In this document: positions 19,940-28,286 of the stretch, in pieces | How the letters are laid out: the number at the start of each line of letters is the position of its first letter | How positions within the stretch are numbered: the stretch's first letter is position 1 | Source: a bacterium | Lineage (GTDB): Bacteria; JACRDZ01; JAQUKH01 | Reading direction: 5' to 3' | NCBI GenBank assembly: GCA_028719205.1 | Contig: JAQUKH010000011.1 | Coordinates: 1 to 63,586, forward strand | Length of the DNA: 63,586 nt | Program-made: the position numbers and the translations under genes | The notes under the pieces: generated by a model | The model's database searches: none | What the model was told of the DNA's origin: nothing | The model's input: the letters and a program-made list of their open reading frames with translations, nothing else

Positions 19940-21736
19940 TTACAACTTTTTCTCAATCCTGTCTTTCAGGATCCCGAAAAATTTCTCTGTTTCCATCTGT
20001 CCCAGATTGCCTTCTTTCCGTTCCCTGACCGAAATGCAATTACTTTCGATCTCTTTGTCCCCTATAATAAGCATATATGGTATTTTTTCCTTCTGGGCAT
20101 CACGTACTTTAATATTTATGTTGCTTTCCAGCTGATTAACCTCAACCCTGAATCCCATATTCAATAATTCTTCTTTCAATTTATTCGAATAGTCCAGATG
20201 CGCGTCGGAAATAGGCAATATTTTAATCTGGACAGGTGAAAGCCACAGCGGAAAAGCTCCGCCATAATGTTCAATTAAAACACCCATGAAACGATCCAGA
20301 GAACCCAATAAAACCCTGTGTATCATTACAGGCCGATGCTCTTTTCCGTCACTGCCGGTATATTTGAGCTGAAATCGCTCCGGTAAAGCAAAATCCACCT
20401 GAATCGTGGCACATTGCCAGGTTCGGTTTAAGGCATCACGCAGTTTAATATCAATCTTCGGGCCGTAAAAAGCACCATCACCCTCATTGATCTGGTAAGG
20501 CAGGTTTAAGGCGTCCAGAGTATCTTTAAGGGTATTTGTAGCCTGCTCCCAATCCTCATCTTTACCAATATATTTTTCCGGTTTTGTGCTTATCTCCATT
20601 TCAAATTCAGTAAAACCAAAAATATTAAGCGTGTATTTTATAAAATTTATGACGCCCTTAATTTCATCGGCTAATTGGTCGGGACGGCAAAAAATATGAG
20701 AATCATCTTGCGTAAATGAACGAACTCTGAGTAATCCGTGAAGCACGCCCGCTTTTTCATGGCGATGGACCGTTCCCAGTTCAAAATATCTGATAGGCAA
20801 ATCCCTGTAACTCCTGATCTCAGACTCAAAAATGTAAATATGCCCTGGACAGTTCATCGGTTTTATAGCAAATTCCTGGTTATCGACATTAAAAAAATAC
20901 ATATTTTCTTTGTAATAACCGTAATGCCCGGATCTTTTCCATACATCCGATTTCAAGATCTGGGGCCCGATAACTTCCTGATACCCATGACGGTAATGCT
21001 CTTTCCTTTCAAAATCCTCTATAACCCTGCGAAGCGCCGTTCCTCTTGGATAATACAAAACCAATCCCGCGCCGATCTCATCAATAATATTATATAGTTT
21101 AAGCTCACGTCCCAATTTACGATGATCTCGTTTCTTTGCCTCTTCTATTTGGAACAAATATTTTTTCAGTTCCTTCGGCGTCGGAAAGGAAATACCGTAA
21201 ATTCTCTGGAGCATTTCATTTTTTTCATCCCCGTGCCAGTAAGCTCCCGCGATAGAAATGAGTTTAACCGCTCCTATCTTACCGGTTGATTTTACATGCG
21301 GGCCGCGGCAAAGATCTACAAAATTTTTTCCTTTTCCGAAAGAATCGGAATCGTCACCCTGATGATAAAATGTAGGTTTTTGACCTTGCTTAAGAATTTC
21401 TTCAACTAATTCTGTCTTAAACTTTCCAAAGTGAAACTTTGCATCCAAAACTGAATAATCATATTGAAGATCAAGTTTTTTAAATGGATAATCTGCCTTG
21501 ATAATCTCATTCATTTCCTTTTCGATGGCTTCCAAATCTTCAGGCAGAAACGGTTCTTTCTTATAAAAATCATAATAAAAACCATTCTCGATCGCAGGCC
21601 CTATGGCCAACTGGACCTCAGGGAAAATCGATTTTACCGCCTGTGCCATTATATGAGAAGTACTGTGCCAGTAAATTTCTTTGCCTTCTTTGGTATTAAA
21701 ATCTATGTCTACAACATCTGGATTATTTTTATTCAA
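19940..21736 (-). CDS. thrS: Threonine--tRNA ligase (short form lacking the TGS domain)
   Basis: HSTSH, GFYYDF, DLCRGPH, RDHRKLG, KPMNCP, TIQVDF, MIHR; TTG start with GGAG SD. Confidence 0.95.
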   Translation of the reverse strand: MNKNNPDVVDIDFNTKEGKEIYWHSTSHIMAQAVKSIFPEVQLAIGPAIENGFYYDFYKKEPFLPEDLEAIEKEMNEIIKADYPFKKLDLQYDYSVLDAKFHFGKFKTELVEEILKQGQKPTFYHQGDDSDSFGKGKNFVDLCRGPHVKSTGKIGAVKLISIAGAYWHGDEKNEMLQRIYGISFPTPKELKKYLFQIEEAKKRDHRKLGRELKLYNIIDEIGAGLVLYYPRGTALRRVIEDFERKEHYRHGYQEVIGPQILKSDVWKRSGHYGYYKENMYFFNVDNQEFAIKPMNCPGHIYIFESEIRSYRDLPIRYFELGTVHRHEKAGVLHGLLRVRSFTQDDSHIFCRPDQLADEIKGVINFIKYTLNIFGFTEFEMEISTKPEKYIGKDEDWEQATNTLKDTLDALNLPYQINEGDGAFYGPKIDIKLRDALNRTWQCATIQVDFALPERFQLKYTGSDGKEHRPVMIHRVLLGSLDRFMGVLIEHYGGAFPLWLSPVQIKILPISDAHLDYSNKLKEELLNMGFRVEVNQLESNINIKVRDAQKEKIPYMLIIGDKEIESNCISVRERKEGNLGQMETEKFFGILKDRIEKKL

Positions 21737-21847
21737 TTTTGAACTCCTGATCTTTTATTGGATTTATTAGAAAAAAACAAACCTATTTGAAAATCGATAA
21801 TCGAGATTTTTTTTATCTAATCTCGATTTTCGATTCTCGATTGCTCT

Positions 21848-21871
21848 GATTTTCTGCTTCGGCAGAAAATC
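21848..21871. other. Perfect 10-bp hairpin abutting the tRNA CCA end
   Basis: gattttctgc-ttcg-gcagaaaatc; no U-tract on the transcribed (-) strand. Confidence 0.7.
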
Positions 21872-21948
21872 TGGTGGGCGATACTGGACTTGAACCAGTG
21901 ACCCCTTGCATGTCAAGCAAGTACTCTAACCACCTGAGCTAATCGCCC
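21872..21948 (-). tRNA. tRNA-Val(GAC)
   Basis: GGGCGATTAGCTCAGGTGGTTAGAGTACTTGCTTGACATGCAAGGGGTCACTGGTTCAAGTCCAGTATCGCCCACCA; 77-nt cloverleaf, anticodon GAC, encoded CCA. Confidence 0.97.
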
Positions 21949-21969
21949 TGTATTTTAACTTTTCTTACA

Positions 21970-22053
21970 TGAACCAGCGACTCTCCCGATGTCACATCGG
22001 GACAAGTACTCCCTGCCTGCCGGCAGGCAGGTAACCACCTGAGCTAATCGCCC
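21970..22053 (-). pseudogene. 5'-partial duplicate of tRNA-Val disrupted by two palindromes
   Basis: Matches the tRNA from its 5' end through GGTTCA. Carries a 20-bp CCTGCCTGCCGGCAGGCAGG insertion in the D arm, and the anticodon arm is replaced by TCCCGATGTGACATCGGGA. Confidence 0.85.
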
Positions 22054-22076
22054 CCTGCTGTATTATAGAATTTATA

Positions 22077-22105
22077 ATTATAAAACCACCTTCATCATTT
22101 GTCAA
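22077..22105 (-). promoter_or_regulatory. Consensus sigma70 promoter for pseudo-tRNA/tRNA-Val/thrS
   Basis: TTGACA-17-TATAAT, perfect consensus. Confidence 0.85.
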
Positions 22106-22248
22106 GCATAAGTAAGCAAATCAAAGATTTTAAACGGTATTAATTTTACTTTACGAATAAAAGATTTGTGTATAAATAAGGTATTGGCGGATGGGAAAGA
22201 AAACAATTGAAGCAAAATTGGTTATTCCCCGCGAGAGAAGGTTCAACA

Positions 22249-25200
22249 ATGAAAACATTTCAGGGAAACAAAATCATACAAACGGCTGAAAAAATATTGC
22301 TTTGTGTTTTTCTCATCCTGATTTTTTTAATAAATATTTTTACCCCGGTAAAACTTTTCGCGGAAAGTGCAGTTTTAACAATAAAAGTCAGTCTGATTAA
22401 CCACGCTCCGGTACTGGATCCAATACCGGATATTACTGTCCATGCAGGAGACAAAGTTATTTTTACACCTACAGCTGCAGATGAAGAAGGAAATATTCTT
22501 ACTTACAGCTATTCAGGTTGGATGAACGATTCCGTCTATACAACCAATTTAAACGATGTAATTAATAATGATGCAACTGAACATTTTGTAACCGTGACGG
22601 TCTCTGATGGCGGCTTAACCGACAGCAGGGCAGCAAAGGTAACAGTTTGTGTCAATTACTCTCCTCTAAGAATTATAAATATAAAACCTCGGGGTTTGGA
22701 TGGAATTACTGCCTCAAACAGGATATTCAGAGCTTATCCTGGAATAGAATATAATATCAAGGCAGCTGTCCTTGGCGGAATGTATCCTTACCAATTCACA
22801 TGGGAAGCGAATAAACCTTCGTGGTTATCGATGGACAACAATACCGGTGAAATATCAGGAATTGCTCCTGCCTCAGGTTTATTTAACGATATTAAAATCA
22901 GAATTACTGACAGCAAGGGAAGCTCGATAACAGCCCAGTGGTCAATTGAAGTCACAACTCAAAAATTTATCTTTCTGGATGCTGTTAAAGGCAATCTATC
23001 TATAAGAAACGGGGGAACAGGAACAGGAACAATTGACAATCCTTTCAAAAATGTTAAGGATTGGTATGGCACTGCCTCAAGCGACATATCCGGTTTTAAT
23101 GATTATCAGGATTATTTTGTTTATTATAGAACAGGAATATATTATCTTGACGGTTATCTTGACGCGAATAGAAATATGTCCTGTAACGGAAGTAAACCTT
23201 CCGTTCATTTGGCATATCCCGGAGAATATCCAAAATTTAACATGGAAAACGGAAAAACCTGGGAATCTCCAGTTTATGCCGATGGTTTAGAATTTTACAA
23301 CATGCTTGGATATGGGATTATAACCTTAGCGGGAAACAACTATAATACTTTCAGGAACTTGTATATGCATGGTTTAGATCCCGCGTCCGGAATAAATGGC
23401 CAGGGATTTATCAGCGTATTGGCTGATTCAACGCAGGGTAATTATTGGATTTGGCAGGATTGTAAATTTGACAGTTCAAAACAAAACGGTATTGAAATAA
23501 ATAACCTGGATAATTCGTTGATAGAAAATTGTGTTTTTACCAATTTTTTAACGAATAACTTAGACACAACCTCTAATCCGATTTCAACTGATGTTAAATG
23601 CCGTAATCTTACTATCAGAAATAATATAATTTACGGAAACGAAGGAAAAGGAATTTTTGCTTATTTAGCCGCTGAAAATCCGGATATAAATAATAGAAGC
23701 TCAAATATAGAAATTTGTTTTAATAATATTTTTGATTGCGCTGAAGCAGGCCTATCAATAAACACCGGCACAAACGGGATACAGGGTTTTTACGTTTATA
23801 GAAATACAATACAAAGCAATAATACAGAGGCCTCAATTAATATTGAATATGCCGGAAATAATCCGCCTGAAGGCCCTTATGTTTTTAAAAACAATATAAT
23901 AGTCAATCCTAATTTGAAATATTTTGTTTTTATGGGTTGCAGCGCGGACGTAATGAATTATGTAAAAATAAATGATAACTTGTTTGATTCTACCGCGAAC
24001 AATATTGTTGACCCTGCAGGGAATATTACTTATTTTTACGCGCAATATCTTGGGACTTACGGCTGGCAGAAAACAAATACCCCGCCGGTTTTAAATCCTA
24101 TAGCGGATATTACCTTAAATGCGGGACAAACGGTTACTTTTAATCCGTCCGCGACAGATAAAGAAAGCAGTCTCCTTACTTATGCTTATTCCGGATGGAT
24201 AACCAGTGCAAGTTATGTTACAAATTACAGCGATGCAGGAGTACATTATGTGACCGTAACTGTATCAGATGGCACGCTGACAAACAGTAAAACTGTGAAA
24301 GTAACTGTTATAGACGTAAATACAAACTCAGCCCCGACAGCCATTTCTCAGAATTTCACTACAAACGAAGATACAGTATTAAATATAACACTGTCAGGAT
24401 CAGACCTTGACAAAAACACTTTAACTTACAGCATAGTAAACCAGCCTGTTCACGGGACTGTATCCGGCACAGCGCCAAATGTTACTTATAAACCACGCCC
24501 TAATTACAATGGCAATGATTCTTTTACCTTCAAGACCTTTGACGGAAAATTATATTCAAATACGGCTACAGTTTCAATAAAAATCAATCCGGTTAACGAC
24601 GCGCCGGTATTAAATCCAATAGCGAATATTACTGTAAATGAAGGGAAAAAGGTTACCATTAATCCGTCCGCGACGGATATAGACAGCAATATCCTTACTT
24701 ATACTTATTCCGGATGGATGACCAGCTCAAGTTATGTTACAAATTACAACGACGCAGGAGTACATTATGTGACCGTAACTGTATCTGACGGAGCGTTAAC
24801 AAACAGTAAAACTGTAAAAGTAACTGTGATAAATGTCAACCGTATTCCGACAGCTATTTCCCAATCCCTCATTACAAACGAAGATTCGGCGCTAAACATA
24901 ACCCTGAGCGGAACAGATCCTGATAATGATGCCTTAACCTACAGCCTGGTAACTCTGCCTATTCATGGAGCTTTATCCGGTTCAGCGCCAAATGTTACTT
25001 ATAAACCAAACCTTAACTACAACAGCACTGACTCTTTTACATTCAGGGTCTATGACGGCAAAACAAATTCAAATACTGGAACAGTTTCAATAAAAATCAA
25101 TCCGGTTAATGATGTGCCGGTATTAAATTCTATAGGCGATAAGGTAGTTTTAGGCGCAAAAATGGAATTCACTATTTACGCATCTGATGTTGAGAACAAT

Positions 25201-26247
25201 ACATTGACATATACAGCCGGCAACCTGCCAACAGGCGCTAATTTCAATCCGTTGACACATACATTTACCTGGATACCTGATTATAACCAGGCATCATTAA
25301 ATTATCCAAACGTGCTTTTTACCGTAACTGATAACGGAATCCCGCCGGCAAGCTGTAGTGAAAGTATAACAATAACAACAGGCGCTATAAATCATCCTCC
25401 GGTATTAAATCCGATAGGCAATAAAACAGTTAAGGAAGGAGAACTTCTGGAATTTACAGTAACCGGTTTCGATACTGATGGGGATAACTTAACATATACT
25501 GCCGGTAATTTACCCGCAGGCTCCGATTTTGATCAATTAACACAGATCTTTACCTGGACGCCCGGATATAACCAATCGGCTAATTATACAAATATACTTT
25601 TTACTGTTTCAGATAATAATATTCCGCCGGAAACCGACAGCAAAAGTATTACAATAACAGTAGGAGATATGAATCATCCGCCGGTTTTAAATCCAATAGG
25701 AAATAAAGCGGTAAAGGAAAACGCGCTCCTGGAATTTTTTATAACAGGTACTGATGAAGATAATAATGTCTTAACATACTCCGCTAATAATTTACCGGCT
25801 GGAGCGGCATTCGATTCATCAAGCCAGAAGTTCCAATGGTATCCGCAATACAACCAGGCCGGTAATTATGAAAGTGTATTATTCACGGTAACGGATAACG
25901 GAGTCCCGCCGGTAAGCAGCAGTGAAACAATAACTATAACAGTGGGGAATGTAAATCATCCACCGGTATTAAATCCAATAGGAAATAAAGCGGTAGCAGC
26001 AGGAGAACTTCTTGAATTTGTAATAACGGGGAGCGATGTTGACGGCGATATATTAACTTACACGGCGGCTAATCTGCCTCCGGGCGCTTATTTTAATCCA
26101 TCAACACAGACATTTACCTGGACGCCCGGATACAGCCAATCGGCAATTTATACAAACATAATTTTTACTGTAACGGATAACGGTGCCTCTCCGGCAAGCA
26201 AAAATGAAAGTATAATAATAACAGTCCTTTCACCGGGGGCAATATAA
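22249..26247 (+). CDS. Large secreted protein: right-handed beta-helix (pectin-lyase-like) plus Ig-like/cadherin (tandem-95, He_PIG-type) repeats, paralog 1
   Basis: Signal peptide; NN.I.-type beta-helix repeats; repeated NH.PVL.PIG, T.NED, DSFTF and LP.GA.F...T..F.W.P modules. ATG 22249 preferred over TTG 22207. Confidence 0.85.
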   Translation: MKTFQGNKIIQTAEKILLCVFLILIFLINIFTPVKLFAESAVLTIKVSLINHAPVLDPIPDITVHAGDKVIFTPTAADEEGNILTYSYSGWMNDSVYTTNLNDVINNDATEHFVTVTVSDGGLTDSRAAKVTVCVNYSPLRIINIKPRGLDGITASNRIFRAYPGIEYNIKAAVLGGMYPYQFTWEANKPSWLSMDNNTGEISGIAPASGLFNDIKIRITDSKGSSITAQWSIEVTTQKFIFLDAVKGNLSIRNGGTGTGTIDNPFKNVKDWYGTASSDISGFNDYQDYFVYYRTGIYYLDGYLDANRNMSCNGSKPSVHLAYPGEYPKFNMENGKTWESPVYADGLEFYNMLGYGIITLAGNNYNTFRNLYMHGLDPASGINGQGFISVLADSTQGNYWIWQDCKFDSSKQNGIEINNLDNSLIENCVFTNFLTNNLDTTSNPISTDVKCRNLTIRNNIIYGNEGKGIFAYLAAENPDINNRSSNIEICFNNIFDCAEAGLSINTGTNGIQGFYVYRNTIQSNNTEASINIEYAGNNPPEGPYVFKNNIIVNPNLKYFVFMGCSADVMNYVKINDNLFDSTANNIVDPAGNITYFYAQYLGTYGWQKTNTPPVLNPIADITLNAGQTVTFNPSATDKESSLLTYAYSGWITSASYVTNYSDAGVHYVTVTVSDGTLTNSKTVKVTVIDVNTNSAPTAISQNFTTNEDTVLNITLSGSDLDKNTLTYSIVNQPVHGTVSGTAPNVTYKPRPNYNGNDSFTFKTFDGKLYSNTATVSIKINPVNDAPVLNPIANITVNEGKKVTINPSATDIDSNILTYTYSGWMTSSSYVTNYNDAGVHYVTVTVSDGALTNSKTVKVTVINVNRIPTAISQSLITNEDSALNITLSGTDPDNDALTYSLVTLPIHGALSGSAPNVTYKPNLNYNSTDSFTFRVYDGKTNSNTGTVSIKINPVNDVPVLNSIGDKVVLGAKMEFTIYASDVENNTLTYTAGNLPTGANFNPLTHTFTWIPDYNQASLNYPNVLFTVTDNGIPPASCSESITITTGAINHPPVLNPIGNKTVKEGELLEFTVTGFDTDGDNLTYTAGNLPAGSDFDQLTQIFTWTPGYNQSANYTNILFTVSDNNIPPETDSKSITITVGDMNHPPVLNPIGNKAVKENALLEFFITGTDEDNNVLTYSANNLPAGAAFDSSSQKFQWYPQYNQAGNYESVLFTVTDNGVPPVSSSETITITVGNVNHPPVLNPIGNKAVAAGELLEFVITGSDVDGDILTYTAANLPPGAYFNPSTQTFTWTPGYSQSAIYTNIIFTVTDNGASPASKNESIIITVLSPGAI
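25209..26187 (+). repeat. ~979-bp direct repeat, copy 1 (3' Ig repeats of paralog 1)
   Basis: Apparently identical by eye to 31001-31979 (offset 5792); the two translations match over this span. Confidence 0.9.
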
Positions 26248-26320
26248 AAACCTGCCTCCGCAATTTCTCCAAAATAAAATAACCAATAACAAAGATTATG
26301 ATATAATACCTTTAAAATTT

Positions 26321-28231
26321 ATGAAATGTAAAGTAACCTTTTTACCGGAAAATAGATCTACTGAAGTCCGCAAAGGGACAGACCTTTTGCAGGCGGCAAG
26401 AGAGATCGGGATCGAAATACTTTCAAATTGCGGCGGACAGGGAACCTGCGGCAGCTGCAAGGTAAAAGTGCTTAAAGGCAATCCCGGCGCCAGCCCTTCA
26501 CCCCATCTTTCAAAAAAAGAAATTGCCGAAGGATGGATCCAGGCTTGTCTGGTTCTTGTCGAGGAAGACCTTGAGATCCTTGTTCCTAAAGAACACCGTA
26601 TCGCTAAACCCGCGAAGATCTCAACCGGATTAAAAACAGCAGCCCGGATAGAGATCGGTAAATGGGACATTACTCCAAGCATTAAACGCGTCAAATTAAA
26701 GCTTCCTTCACCAACCATTGATAATAATATAAGCGACCTTACCCGTTTATTCCAGGGATTAGATCATGAAGGTTATCCGTCCGAAAAATTATGGTGCGGC
26801 CTTGATATAATCAGCAGATTAACAAAAACACTCAGGAAAAAAAACTGGGAGGTTACCGTACTCATCCTTGAATCTGAACACGGGTTTGAGATCGTGGATA
26901 TTCAACCGGGCGATACTACCTGCAACCGGCTTGGACTTGCCATTGATATCGGGACAACCTCAGTTGTGGTTTATCTTGTGGACCTGTTAACCGGTCATAT
27001 CATCGGGACTGAATCAGATTACAACAAACAGATCAGCTGCGGGACAGATATTATTTCACGGATTATTTATACGGAAAGAAAAAACGGTTTAACCGTAATG
27101 CAGAAATTAATTATAGAAACAATTAATAACCTTATTAACAAATTATTAGTAAAACACAAGATACACCGGCGGAATATTGACTGTGTCTCCTGCGGCGGGA
27201 ATACAACAATGATGCATCTTTTTCTGAAAATAGACCCTAATAATATCCGGTTTGATCCCTACATTCCAACTTTTACAACCACTCCCCTTCTTTCAGCCAA
27301 AGAGGTTGGAATTAAAACCGGCGCGCATACCTCGCTTTATTGCGTTCCCGGCGTATCCAGCTATATCGGCGGGGATATTACAGGCGGGATTTTGGCGTCC
27401 GGAATGACAAAAGACAATAAACTTACTTTATTCCTTGATGTCGGAACTAACGGCGAGATCGTTTTAGGAAATTCTGAATGGCTTGTTTCGGCATCATGTT
27501 CAGCCGGGCCCGCTTTCGAGGGGGCGGGCATAAAATACGGCATGCGCGCGACCAACGGAGCGATCGACCAGGTAAAGATCGACCGGAAAACTTTTGAACC
27601 AACTGTCACAGTCACAGGGCATGAAAAACCGATCGGTATATGCGGTTCAGGAACGATCGATACAATTGCCGAAATGTATCTGGCCGGTATCATTACCCAA
27701 AAAGGTAAATTTAATAAAGAACTAAAAACACAAAGGGTTCGCGAGGGAAAATACGGATGGGAATATGTTCTTGTATGGAAAAATGAATCAGGCATCGATA
27801 ACGATATTACTATCACCGAACCGGACGTCGATAATATTTTAAGGGCAAAAGGCGCGATCTACGCGGGTTGTTCCCTTCTTTTAAAAGAAATGGGTTATAA
27901 AGCAAAAGACCTGGACCGTTTTCTTATTGCGGGCGGATTCGGGCATTATTTAAATATTGAAAAAGCAATAATCATCGGAATGCTTCCCGATATTGACCCT
28001 GAAAAATATCAGTATTTGGGTAATACCTCGGTTATCGGGGCATATCTCACGCTTCTCTCAAGAAAAATGCAGGAAGAAGTTACACAGATCGCGAAGAATG
28101 TTACCTACCGCGAGCTTTCCGTATCCAACGATTTTATGAACGAATATATGGCAAGCCTCTTTTTACCGCATACGAATATCGAATTATTCCCGACAGTCCA
28201 GGAAATTCTGAAAGAAATCAAACATTTGTAA
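26321..28231 (+). CDS. ASKHA-domain ATPase with N-terminal 2Fe-2S ferredoxin (DUF4445; RACo-type reductive activator of corrinoid proteins)
   Basis: CGGQGTCGSC...QAC, AIDIGTTSV, DVGTNGE, SCSAGPAFEG, GICGSG, AGGFG, GNTS. Confidence 0.92.
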   Translation: MKCKVTFLPENRSTEVRKGTDLLQAAREIGIEILSNCGGQGTCGSCKVKVLKGNPGASPSPHLSKKEIAEGWIQACLVLVEEDLEILVPKEHRIAKPAKISTGLKTAARIEIGKWDITPSIKRVKLKLPSPTIDNNISDLTRLFQGLDHEGYPSEKLWCGLDIISRLTKTLRKKNWEVTVLILESEHGFEIVDIQPGDTTCNRLGLAIDIGTTSVVVYLVDLLTGHIIGTESDYNKQISCGTDIISRIIYTERKNGLTVMQKLIIETINNLINKLLVKHKIHRRNIDCVSCGGNTTMMHLFLKIDPNNIRFDPYIPTFTTTPLLSAKEVGIKTGAHTSLYCVPGVSSYIGGDITGGILASGMTKDNKLTLFLDVGTNGEIVLGNSEWLVSASCSAGPAFEGAGIKYGMRATNGAIDQVKIDRKTFEPTVTVTGHEKPIGICGSGTIDTIAEMYLAGIITQKGKFNKELKTQRVREGKYGWEYVLVWKNESGIDNDITITEPDVDNILRAKGAIYAGCSLLLKEMGYKAKDLDRFLIAGGFGHYLNIEKAIIIGMLPDIDPEKYQYLGNTSVIGAYLTLLSRKMQEEVTQIAKNVTYRELSVSNDFMNEYMASLFLPHTNIELFPTVQEILKEIKHL

Positions 28232-28286
28232 TATTTTTTTAAATAATTGTTGCAATTTAAAAAATATATGTTATTATTTGCCACCA

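Noticed and set aside
21737-21870. T-box riboswitch upstream of thrS
   Set aside because: No T-box consensus (AAnnnGGnTGGnACC), specifier stem or terminator; the region is too short.
21970-22053. attL/attR of an integrated element at tRNA-Val
   Set aside because: The duplicated part is the 5' portion and lies about 20 bp from the intact gene, with no integrase or cargo between the copies.
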